Below, piece after piece: positions 39,111 to 51,234 of a stretch of 64,000 nucleotides of DNA. Below the pieces are notes generated by a model. The model did not search any database. It saw nothing but the letters and a program-made list of their open reading frames with translations, and had not been told where the DNA came from. Made by a program: the position numbers and the translations under genes. The DNA comes from Haliotis rufescens. Its lineage: Eukaryota. Position 1 is the stretch's first letter. Each line of letters begins with the position of its first letter. The DNA is taken from contig NW_025963791.1 in NCBI RefSeq assembly GCF_023055435.1, positions 26,226,001 through 26,290,000 of the forward strand. The letters run 5' to 3'.

Positions 39111-41101
39111 TTGAACGACATGGCCTTATGACATCCCAGATCTGAATTATAGAATGGTAAACCTTCTATTGGTGGCATGCGTCTTATTTTTTAAAACATG
39201 CACTGGGTCTACTTACAGTATGGTATATCAGTTGCACGAGGACAACGTGGCTACGACCTCGTCCTAGAGGATACAATGATATATACATGGACGGGATGTT
39301 GACACTACGACCGTACTAGCCATACAGCTGGAGGTATCTCGATGTGCAGATTTGTGTGGTGAAGACAAAGGGATCGAAGATTTCACATACAAAAGTCCAA
39401 ACGGATGTAGGGATCGTGCGATTGGATCAGGGCCAGTGTTTAGTAAGATATCTTTTAAACTTCACTCACGTACTGTATCATCTACCTGTGACGATAAAAA
39501 ATGTAAAGTTGATGAAACACGCGGTGGCAATGTTACTAACCATCAGATGTAATGAAATATGCTTGGAAGTACGATTTTGAGAATATTTTTCTATTGTCAG
39601 TTCAACTGATTCTTCATGGATGTCGTGTTTATTTTATTGTTTGATGTTAGTCAAGTTGTTAACATGTTCACGGATACATTGCTAAGGTCAGCTGCGTGCA
39701 TAAAGCGTATGTCCAGCTGCAGCTTACCTGATTGGTTTGATCACACTCGTCAATCTCTATAACAACAACGTTATTTTTTAAACCGGTAGCGAGCGCAGAA
39801 AGTCTCTCTCTGCATACATAACATCTGGAAATGCACTTAAATCAGGCTGCAGTGCTGCAGTGCTGTCAAACGTGACTTTCAGTTTAAGTCATTATCTGAT
39901 TTAAATGGGGTCATATTTGAATGATTTGAATGAGGCCTTTAAAAGAGTTTCTCATAAAGAAATATAGTGGCTGTGGGTAATGGGAATTAGAACATGATGT
40001 TCCACAGAAACTCAAAAATGTATTTGAGCAACAGATAATACATTTAATGCGTCAAATAGTAGATAACAAATACAAACTAGCAGCAAATAAAGTAAAAATA
40101 AAGTAAATTTAACAAAACTGAACATGAACTTAATATTGTCATAGTAAAAACCTTGAAGATGAATATCATGTCCTGCTTATATGTCGGTATAACAAAGAAC
40201 TACGGATGCGTTAACATTTTCCGAATGCCCATCAAAAACTATCTTTTTATCATCAACAAGAAACCATAATTTATTGCATAACTTAGCTTTGTTCATCAAT
40301 CATACATTGTGAAGTGAAAGCTTGTCTTTCAGCCCATGGCTTGAAGTGATGTAAGTATTGTGACCTACAGTTCAGAAATAAACAAACTATTATAAGCTTT
40401 GTAACGACTGTATACCAAGGTGTGTCATTTCAATCAAGGGATCCCGGATCTGGTTTACTGCAAACCCAAAGTCACTTAGGTTAATATAATTGCAGTTGTA
40501 ATCTACAAGAAGATGTATAGTATTTTGTATTTCTAGACAGACATATTGTTTTTCAAGTCTCACCTTAAATATATACACACAAAACGGGAAAATATGTTTC
40601 ACAACTGAGCCCCTCCGTAATGGAGCTACCAGAGATTTTTTCATTGGACAAATGTAAAATCTTGTACAAAGAAATATATAATATGTACATTCTACATAAA
40701 ATTAAATAAAAAGTGTAAAGATAAAATAAAATTATTAACTAATATGCATTATGTTGAATCATTTACCCAAGTTCAGTTTGCAAGTTTTGGCAGAAGGTTT
40801 TATACAATTCTGGACATGATAGAATGTGGCACTTTCTCTACATCCATAAGATGCATAAAATCACTGCGAGATTGCAAACATTTGTCAAGACAATATTCCG
40901 TCAAGTCATTATAGAAGTGGTCTATAATCTAGATGCATCAACATCCGAAACCATCCATAAAGTATTGACAAAAGTCGAACATCATCGCACTGCCTTGTTA
41001 TTCGCCGCGCATATTTATTACATAACAACACGCATAACAACATGCAACACTATCCAAACACCCTAACACTACCATGCAGTCAGCACAACACTGTCACATT
41101 A

Positions 41102-41276
41102 CAGTAAACTACGGTTATAACGAACTCAAAGGGACTACTAATTTGAGTTCGTTATAACCGTAATTCGTTATAAGCATATATACAGTATAACTACAGCAAA
41201 TAGTCGGGACTAAAAAGTTAGTTCGTTATATCCGTTAGTTCGTTATAAGCGTGTTCGTTATAACCGTAGTTTACTG
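41102..41276. mobile_element. 175-bp Tc1/pogo-type MITE
   Basis: TA|cagtaaactacggttataacgaac ... gttcgttataaccgtagtttactg|TA, with internal repeated ttcgttata motifs. Confidence 0.9.
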
Positions 41277-41578
41277 TATTTTCAAAACATAACACTGTCA
41301 CATTGGTTTCAAAATACAACACTGTCATATTGCACACATTCACTCACTAACAAAACATTAACACCCTGTACTCAAAACACAACACTGCAATTCTAAAGTC
41401 ACCACAAAACCTTTCACATTGTTTCCTTACACAACACTATGACATTGAAATACAAAGAACACACATTTTAATCATGTACTCCAAGCAACACAACACTGTC
41501 ATAGTTTACTCCAAGCAAAAGTACACAACAAACCAACACAACACACATATCCAATAAGCTAGGGTTCATAGGGAAACA

Positions 41579-41929
41579 CCGCCTCCGTGGTCTTGTGGTA
41601 GTGCGTCCGCCCGGAGAGCGGAAGGTCCAGGGTTCGATCCCTGGCCGCGTCATACAAAAAGACGTTAAAAGATTGTACTTGTTGTAACCCTGTCTGGCGC
41701 TCGGCATTAAGGGGCTAAAACAAGGACTGGTCGGCTCGGAGTCAGTATACTGTGTCTGAGTGGGGTATTCATGTTAAACTGCGGCATGGTATCTCAGTGA
41801 GCTAGCACTATAAATCGGCATCAGTCCGGACTAGTACAAGCAGCCACACACACACATACACGTGCATGCACGTCGCTATATAAGTGCAATAATCTTGGAC
41901 GCGACGTTAAACCCAATTTCACCTCACCT
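41579..41929 (+). mobile_element. SINE family C (Meta/MESC-core-like), full length
   Basis: tRNA head, core ggactggtcggctcggagtcagtatactgtgtctgagtgggg...cagtgagctagcactata, TSD catagggaaaca. Confidence 0.88.
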
Positions 41930-42032
41930 CATAGGGAAACAATACCAAGCTACATGAACCGTGCAGTAGATGACGCGTTGATTATATACAGACTCAACTT
42001 TGTATTCTGCGTCATTAGCCAGCTAAACAGCG

Positions 42033-45000
42033 ATGGTGTTTTGGTGTCTTGTTCTGGTGTTTGCTCTCTCCGCCCTTCCCCTTGCGGATGGGAGGAGATG
42101 TCCCTCCCCACCCCCGGGCATCAACAAGATGAGACGAGGGGTGGATGTAACAACCCTAGATCTTTTGCCGCTTGATCTGACGACTAGCAATCCTGATGGA
42201 TTCAAGAGACCGATTATTGACTTCACCTGTAATCTGAACCTTACCTGGACCGATCGTAAAAAGGTAAAACGATGCGATAAGCTAATAATTAGTGGATTAT
42301 TTAATTGAAGTGATGGATTTACCATAATGTACATCATTTACGATCGAAGTAGGCAGTGAAGTTGTCTACGAAAGGCTTAATATTAACTAACATCTTTCAA
42401 AGAGAGTGTGTGAGTAAATGATTGTGTTTTTTAAAAAGTATTTCAGCAATATCACGGCGAGGGGCTCCATAAATGGACTTGTTTGGAATCGAACCCGGTC
42501 ATTGTGCAAAATGAGCGAACGCTTTAAACAATAGTCTACCTACCCCATCGACCCTCTTTTAAAAGAACAAGCATTTAGACCAAGACATAGACAGAAATAA
42601 TTTCTCTTGCATACATTGAAATACAATCCTAAATGATCGATTTAGATTTACGATTGTTGACTCTGGTTGATTAAATTGGAGTTTGGGGTTTTAGAAGGAT
42701 GGGGATTCATAAGATCAGTACTTATGCATATTTAATTAAATGACGCAAAAGTGTGTTTCAAATCTATATGAGTGGAAATTGTGTTTACAAACAGATTAGC
42801 TATCCCTTTCCATTATAAAAATACTCGAACGTTTAAACACCTGTCAAAACGGCATATAGTATTTATCAAACTCCATATTCAATTACTATCTCAGACAAAC
42901 AATACTCTTTTCTTGAGCTTTTGTCATCAATCGGGCCGTTGCCTGTACTTTTGAAGTAACCAATTCCGAGGTAACCACAAAAATACAAAACAATTCTATA
43001 TTTTCCAGAACACATACGATCTCCCAGATCAAATATGGGACATACTCAGCGTGCCGGGAGGTTGGTCACATGCTAACGAAAAGATCTTTAAGAACTATAA
43101 CGAAGTGAAAAGGACAATGGCAGCAAGTGCTGGAATCAGCGTGAGTTTTATGTTTGGCATGTTTTCAGCCAGTGGGTCGTACACCAAGATGCAACACACT
43201 CTTACACGTACATCCCAGTATATTGAGGAAGTATCAGCTTACGACGCGGCCTTGAAGATTGACTTTCTACCAGCATTTGACTTGAAGACCAGTAGGTACT
43301 TCAAACACTTTATTGACAGGCTTTCAACAAACTTTACGAGTAATCCGTCATCTTATTTTAGATTTATTCGTTACTTTGGCACTCATTATTTTACGTCCGG
43401 TAACTTCGGTGGAGCCATAAAACTGCACATTGAAACCAAATCAAGCTACTACGATGGGAAGACTACCAGAGATGTACGAGCTCAAGCCAAGGCATCATTT
43501 CTCAGTCTGGTGAAAATTAGAGGCAGCGGTTCCAGTTCTAGCAGCCAGATTGACAGGAACTTCAAGAAATCTTCAACTGAATCTCTTAAGTAGGTTTCTT
43601 TAGAAATTTTATACATTTTTAAACTTATCCGATCTCACACTATGCACACCATTATGTGCCTACCCCCAAAACGAGCATGCTGTAGGACGAAAACGTCCAT
43701 AAAACGCTCATTAGGACGTCTCCTAACTCGATTCCTTCGGTCATTGAAGTCGAGAGTGAACCTCGATTCGTCCAAAAACATGACATCAGTCCAACATTGA
43801 TTACCCCAATACTGACGTTCTCTACACCACTGACGCCCCTGACTCAAATTACGTGCAGTAATTGTGGGGTGCCACGTGGACGTCGTGCACGCAGACGATT
43901 TCTCACCGTCTTGGGCATGTACTCTCATACCAGTTGCCAGTTGCGACCGGTCCCTTATCTGAGAAACAGTTTGCAACCAACTTCTTAATGTCATCGTTCC
44001 GACTAATCTGTCCTGGGCTGGAGTTTTCGCCCTTGGCTATCGACGTTATGTTTTTGTTGGTATTGGGCCCTCAATCTGCTGGTGACAGATTGAGAAACAT
44101 GCATTCTTTGGGCAACAATATTCTGACGTGTGTCCACCTGCAACAAGTCTGTGTCAGTAAACGTTCAGCACGTCGCATGAGCAATACTGTTGCTTTCTAA
44201 TTATTAAATGTGTTTGGTTCCAGGAAAACAATATGCGATTTCTCACAACTGAGTCTGAGTGACAATAGAAAATCTGGCATACCATACCTTGCACGTGCTG
44301 TCCGAGGTCACGTGCTTCATGACAGTCACAATGTTGTGTTTGGGAGCTTGATTTCTTCGGAAATGTTCTTGCCACATAAATCACTTACTTTCACTGCCAG
44401 ATAATCCTGTAACCGATCAGAATAACCAGTGCCACGATAGCGTGTTTCTTAATTGTGTTGCAAATGAAAATGATATGTTAATTTGAACTTTGCCAAATAT
44501 GGCATGCTTATTTTCAGCCCTATTTTGCCTTTTACGCTCAATTGAATCTGTTTTCGCCAATATCATCGAGACTGGTTGTGCTCCGGCGTTGACGTTTTGT
44601 ATACAATGTATTTTTGTAGTTGACTCTGCATAATTGATAAATGCTCCAGAGCGTAGGATGAAACTCGGGGACTCGGGGTCCTCCAGCAAAAGGTTAGTGA
44701 ATGAGTGGGTGAGTGAGTATGGTTTTAGCCGCTTTTAGCAATATTCCAGCAATATCACGGCGGGGGACACCAGAAATGGACTGCAAACATTATACCCATG
44801 TCGGGAATAGAACCCGGGTCTTCGGCGCGACGAGCGAACGCTTTAACCAGTAGGCCACCCGACCGTCCCCCAGCAAAAAGTCCCCAGTTGGAGTAAATAT
44901 AGAACGCTAACGCTGGGCAATAATCAGTCGTGATATCAGATTCCATCGGGCGTAAAAAATAAAATTGTGACTATGCATACAAATTTTCAGGAGGTTTAAA

Positions 45001-46151
45001 ACAGAACTCAGAATAAAATGGGGTAACAATTGAAAAACTACAGATAGAAGTCATGCATTATATAAGTATGAGATCGGTGGGGTAGCCTTGTGGTGGAAGT
45101 GTTGACCATGGTTCGATTCTTTACGTGGATACATGTTCGAAGCCCAGTTCTAATATCCTCAGCCGCGATATGGCTGGAACAAGCGGTGTACAAGTCTACC
45201 CCTTCGCCTATATGATAATAATTATATCCGACATCTAATACATTTTTAAGGTACTTCGGTGGTGATGTCAATCTGCTTTCAAAAGGTCTAACAACTTGGC
45301 AACCTACAGTCATAACAAACCCATGGCTCTTTTCGGGGGAAATAGCTCCTCTCAGTGACTTTGTTGAGGATGCGACCAAAAAGAAGTCCTTCGATCGTGC
45401 GGTAAGTAGCTATATCAACAAGGCCAACCTCCGGGAAATCGAGCGACTTTTGATTGCATCAGCATCATTCAGTGGCGTACAATCACTTCTCACACGAGTA
45501 AGAGCAGAACTGAAAAAGATTGAGCCAACCCAGAGCATTGTGGACCAGCTTGGCAAAGAAGTTGCACTGGATTTTCAAGTCCCTTCGTGGTTTACCGAGG
45601 ACCTACAGTTATGCTTCAAGTGGTATGCAGATGGAGATGCTGGTCAGTGTGGTGGAGGGGTTGGTAGACTCCTATGTGCACCACCTGGACGAATGACTCA
45701 AGTCTACAGAGATGACACTGACAGAAGGGCAGGAGGATGTAGAATGAGTTGGGGACTCATTCCGAAAAGTAAGACGCAGCCATTGTGGTTCCATTCAGTA
45801 AAACTCTGCTACAGATGGTATGCTGATGGAGATGCTGGCAGTTGTGGATACTCACGAGACACCTACTGCGCATCCTTTGGAACATATACTAGAATATACA
45901 TGGATGACACCGACAGGCGACCTGGTGGATGTCGAATGTCCTGGAAGCTGTCTGTTGCCAGCACATCCCCGAAGTGGCTGAAGAATGCCAAGCTGTGCTA
46001 CAGTTGGTATGCTGACGGTGACGGTGGTCAGTGCGGTGGAGGGGTGGCTCAAGATCTCTGCGCCAAGGCCAACCAGTGGACGACGTATTACCGGGACGAC
46101 ACTGATAGACGGCCTGGGGGATGTCGGATGAGCTGGGGCATCAAACTATGA
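42033..46151 (+). CDS. Secreted MACPF pore-forming protein, perivitellin-2 67 kDa/littoporin-like (exons 42033-42263, 43009-43589, 45251-46151; 570 aa)
   Basis: Signal peptide MVFWCLVLVFALSALPLADG; MACPF signature YFRFIRYFGTHYFTSGNFGG; later YFGG...W...NPW. Introns are GT-AG in phases 0 and 2. Three C-terminal repeats LCxxWYADGDxGxC...DDTDRRxGGCRMSW. AATAAA at 46206. Confidence 0.9.
43635..44420 (-). mobile_element. Decayed Tc1-like transposase fragment in MACPF intron 2
   Basis: VMFLDESRFTL..DRRNRVRRRPNERF...RFGG..IMV motif, frameshifted. Boundaries approximate. Confidence 0.8.
44692..44870 (-). mobile_element. SINE family B
   Basis: Reverse complement of family B, with cagcaaaa flanks. 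Confidence 0.85.
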
Positions 46152-46751
46152 TGACTCTAGTCCATTGGCTTCAAATTACAACGTGTTTGTTTTCACGCTC
46201 GTATTAATAAAGCCACAAGCTAACTTAAACATGGCGGCTTGTTATTTAGTGCATGTAAGCGAATTTAACACTTATAGATAGAAAAAGGTAAACGATTAAT
46301 TCATATGGCCAAAATGCCATAAGGGTCCCACAATTTAATACCCTGTATGTGTATGTGCGTGTTTGTGGTGGTGACGTGTGTGTGGGGAGGGGCAGGGTGT
46401 TGGGGTGGGTGGTGTTTGTGGTAGTGAGGGTGGCGTGTGTTTACAGACAGGCTATATTATTAGCCAGTGCTTTAAAAGACACGATGGTTTTCTAAAAGAG
46501 GAGGCAAAAGGGATTTGATGTCGAACGTACCATTATCTGATTGCCATACCTTGCCATGTGTTATTGTGTCACTATGAGTATCAGTTATATTTAATTTATT
46601 TAACTGGACTGAATATCAGTATTCATGTATTGTCCCTGAAGATGAGGGTTAACTTATATTTTTACTAAGTAAATACGGCCACAGTCATATTCATTCCATC
46701 ATACAGACGCAAAATTGGAATTGCATTTGGGTTCTGGGGGTCGGCGATGTA

Positions 46752-47295
46752 CATCTTCCCGAGGCAAGGGAGTTAACTGACTATAAAAATCCAGTTTCCT
46801 ACCTTGCCGAACTAGGCTCGAATTATTGAGCTATATTTTGGCTGGTCTAACGAGTCTATGCATAGTCCAATCAAAACCACGTTACGAAATGATCATCCGG
46901 TTCGTTAAGTGCCGTACAGATTTTGGTCGATTGCAGGATTTGCAAAGCATGTATACCGCCAACTCGGCCGCAACAGATATTTTCCAAATCTTTTCAGGTT
47001 TTTAATCACGTTGCTCACGTGATTTGAAGCACTTTGCGAAGTAAGAGCCGTTTTATTAAAAAATACATCTTGATTATCAATTAGATCGTCTTGACTTGGC
47101 GACGCCATTTTGTGTGAAGCAAATGCAAGTGATATGAGAAATGGAATTTGATTGGTCATTTGGAGGTATATAGAAGGGACATAACTCGTAATAGCCAATG
47201 GTGAGGCTACGATCGAGCCCAGAAGTTCCAGCCTAGTTCGGCAAGGGTGGCAACATGACTTTACAGTCAGTTAACTGCCTTGCCTCGGGAAGATG
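46752..47295. mobile_element. hAT-like MITE
   Basis: ~70-bp imperfect terminal inverted repeats catcttcccgaggcaagg... / ...ccttgcctcgggaagatg; 8-bp TSD gcgatgta/gcgacgta. Confidence 0.85.
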
Positions 47296-47559
47296 GCGAC
47301 GTACTCTTAGTGGTCAAAGCAGTGTCACCTCACCAGGAAGGGCCATTTTCGATGCCCCAAAATAGTGAGGCCCCTCCTCATAATGTCAATCACTATTTCG
47401 TCTGGTCTGGTTAAAAAGCCGCCGTGATGTAGCTTGAATATCGCTGACTGTAAACAATTGAACCTGAATCAGCAAAACCAGTGATTATCAACATAAGCAA
47501 CGATAACATGAGATACGACGACACATAATCAGCCAGGTTGCTCATATTCTTATAAATAG

Positions 47560-47760
47560 GACCCGTGAAGATCCGTCCAGAATAGGTCTTCAGCAACCCA
47601 TGCTTGCCGTAAAAGGAGACTATGCTTGTCGTCAGAGGAGACTAACGGGATCGGGTGGTCAGGTTCGCTGGGTTGTCTGGTTCAGACTCGATTATTTACA
47701 GACCGCCGTCACATAGCTGGAATATTGCTGAGTGCGGCGTTAAACAACAAACAAACAAAC
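47560..47760 (+). mobile_element. SINE family D (internally deleted)
   Basis: gacccgtgaagatcc...ggcgttaaacaacaaacaaac. Confidence 0.82.
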
Positions 47761-48459
47761 AGTCGTATAAATAACATGGGTTAATCAGAACCTATTCTAT
47801 TCAAGACTCCTCGTAGAATTCAAGATAATAGGAGTATTCACATTGGTGGCATGATATTGATAGACACAGGTGCTGTATAAAACTCGAGTTAAAACTTTGT
47901 TGTATTCTGGACAACGGAGGCATACCCTCGAAACCTGTTTAGCCCGTTCAACACAGTCAAGTGAGTAAATGCTTTCGAAACGATTTCGATTCCCAACATG
48001 TGTAAGCTTATTTCTTGTGTTCACCGTCGTAATAATGCTGGAATATTGCGCTGCGCGGTATGAGACCCACTCACTTTAGACCACTGCATGTCCTACATAT
48101 GAACTTCATATTACAATGTCAACGCTTATCGCTTCAAATCAATAGTTTGACTCTAGCTGCTGCAACATTTACATGTATATATGCAGCTGTCGCCGTGGTG
48201 GTTCCTATCACTGATACACTGGTGTTTTGTTTGACACTGCACCTTGGCTTCTCACCATTGCTCCATTATCAAAATATGCTCACTAAACGAACGTGTTTTT
48301 CCATACACACCTTTACAACGTTACGAAAGCTGGCACCTATAATGGTGGTTAAATCTCTATAACATACAGTAAAGCTAAAGTTTCTATCGATGTATAAGTT
48401 GAAGAAACATAACAGATGATGTATATGTCTCATGAAATTAGTAAAGCTGAGGTCAGCTG

Positions 48460-49508
48460 CTCTAGAGTCATTTGAGCCAAGGCTCAGGTGACTCCCCTTA
48501 GGCCGAAACGACTCCCCCGTCGAAGGCTCAGATAACTCACCAGGCTCCTCAAATGACTCCTCCATTTGTTTTGAACGTTACAAATGTTTTGACACTAATT
48601 GTGCAACAGTCTGTTGTGGATACCGTTGATCCTAATATCAAAGAATTGGATATAGAACAGGGGGTGTAGTTTGAGCCTCATATGAAAGAATCGGATATAG
48701 AACAGGGGGAGTAGTTTGAGCCTGATAGCAAAGAATTGGATATAGACCAGGGGGAGTAGTTTGAGTCTGATACTAAAGAATTGGATATAGAACAAGGGGA
48801 GTAGTTTGAGCCTGATATCAAAGAATTGGATATAGAACAGGGGGAGTAGTTTGAGCCTGATAGCAAAGAATTGGATATAGACCAGGGGGAGTAGTTTGAG
48901 TCTGATACTCAAGAATTGGATATAGAACAAGGGGAGTAGTTTGAGCCTGATATCAAAGAATTGGATATAGAATAGGGGGAGTAGTTTGAGCCTGATAGCA
49001 AAGAATTGGATATAGAACAGGGGGAGTAGTTTGAGTCTGATACTCAAGAATTGGATATAGAATAGGGGGAGTAGTTTGAGCCTGATACTCAAGAGTTGGA
49101 AATAGAACAAGGGGAGTAGTTTGAGCCTGATACTCAAGAAATGGATACAGGACACAGGGAGTATTCTAAAAATAAACAATAGATTAAGAAACGTATAGTG
49201 TTTTAGGAGAGGCACCTGTAGTTTTTTCCAAATAAAGTTAAATATAAAACTGTAATAAAATAACTGATACTTAAACATCTGACACACAATATTGGGGATT
49301 GTTCTTAACCTGACATTTCCGAATAGAAAATGAGGAAGAGGGTTTAAAACCTTTATTATACAAGATATATTTGATCTTTTCTGTCATCATTTTAATTCAA
49401 AACAAGGGGGGTCATTTGGGCCCAGTAGGGGAGTTAGATGGGCCTAGAGGGAGTGTTTTGAGCCAGGCTAGGGGAGTCACGTGAGCCTAGGTCCATATGA
49501 CTCTAGAG
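48460..49508. mobile_element. Inverted-repeat element containing a 45-bp minisatellite (48630-49160, ~11 copies)
   Basis: ctctagagtcatttgagccaaggctcaggtgactcccc is inverted relative to ggggagtcacgtgagcctaggtccatatgactctagag. Internal unit aagaattggatatagaacagggggagtagtttgagcctgatagca. Confidence 0.78.
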
Positions 49509-49584
49509 TCAAATTTAGGGGAAGTCGTTTGAGCCTACTGCACCGGTTCCAAAACATATAGATATACTTTTACAACGAAATGCC

Positions 49585-51015
49585 ATGCAGGAAATATACA
49601 ACACATGTGACAAGGTGCAGATAATACACAACACATGTGACAAGGTGCAGGAAATATACAACACATATGACAATATGCAGGTAATATACAAAACATGTGA
49701 CAAGTTGCAGATAATATACAACACAATGTGACAAGTTGCAGATAATACACAACGCATGTGACAAGGTGCAGATAATACACAACACATGTGACAAGGTGGA
49801 AGAAATACACACACATGTGACAAGGTGCAGATAATACTCAACACAATGTGACAAGGTGCAGATGATATAAACACAATGTGACAAGTCGCAGAATATACAC
49901 AACACATCTGAAAATATGCAGATAATACACAACACAATGTGACAAGGTGCAGATAATACACAACACAATGTGACAAGTTGCAGATAATACACAACACAAT
50001 GTGACAAGGTGCAGATAATACACAACACATGTGACAATATGCAGATAATACACAACACAATGTGACAAGGTGCAGATAATACACAACACAATGTGACAAG
50101 TTGCAGATAATACACAACACAATGTGACAAGGTGCAGATAATACACAACACAATGTGACAAGTTACAGATAATACACAACACAATGTGACAAGTTGCAGA
50201 TAATACACAACACAATGTGACAAGGTGCAGATAATACACAACACAATGTGACAAGTTGCAGATAATACACAACACAATGTGACAAGTCGCAGAATATACA
50301 CAACACATCTGAAAATATGCAGATAATACACAACACAATGTGACAAGGTGCAGATAATACACAACACAATGTGACAAGTTGCAGATAATACACAACACAA
50401 TGTGACAAGGTGCAGATAATACACAACACAATGTGACAAGTTGCAGATAATACACAACACAATGGGACAAGTTGCATATAATACACAATACATGTTACAA
50501 GGTGCAGATAATACACAACACAATGTGACAAGGTGCAGATAATACACAACACAATGTGACAAGGTGCAGATAATACACAAAACAATGTGACAAGTTTCAG
50601 ATAATACACAACACAATGTGACAAGTTGCAGATAATACACAACACAATGTGACAAGTTGCAGATAATATACAACACAATGTGACAAGTTGCAGATAATAC
50701 ACAACACATGTTACAAAGTGGAGGAAATATACACACACGTGACAAGGTGCAGATAATACACAACACAATATGACAAGGTGCAGATAATACACAACACAAT
50801 GTGACAAGGTGCAGATAATACACAACACAATGTGACAAGGTGCAGATAATATACAACACATGTTACAAGTTGCAGATAATACACAACACAATGTGACAAG
50901 GTGCAGATAATACACAACACAATGTGACAAGGTGCAGATAATACACAACACATGTGACAAGTTGTAGATAATACACAACACATGTGACATGGTGCAGGAA
51001 ATATACACACATGTG
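49585..51015. repeat. 30/31-bp satellite (~46 copies)
   Basis: Unit gtgacaaggtgcagataatacacaacacaat. Confidence 0.95.
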
Positions 51016-51234
51016 TCTGGTCAGACAAATTACCGAATATTATGTTGTTATTTTCAATAACATAACATTTACATCACTTTATGCAGGTTGTTTTTGCCAT
51101 TAGTATATGCCTGTAGTATTTCACGGCTATTACACGGCTGGAATAATGCATAGGTATAGGATCGTTGAAAGGTACGATGCATCCACCGGGAACTGGCGAT
51201 GGAAATAGATATCACATTCTTGAGATGGACAGGA

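Noticed and set aside
39219-39305. Plus-strand cag|TATGGT...TWTGC-TGA as an alternative last exon of the RING gene or a selenocysteine codon
   Set aside because: The exon at 35649-35714 completes the zinc motif better, and no SECIS element is evident.
49515-51028. Cys-rich ORFs in multiple frames
   Set aside because: Artefacts of the 31-bp satellite.
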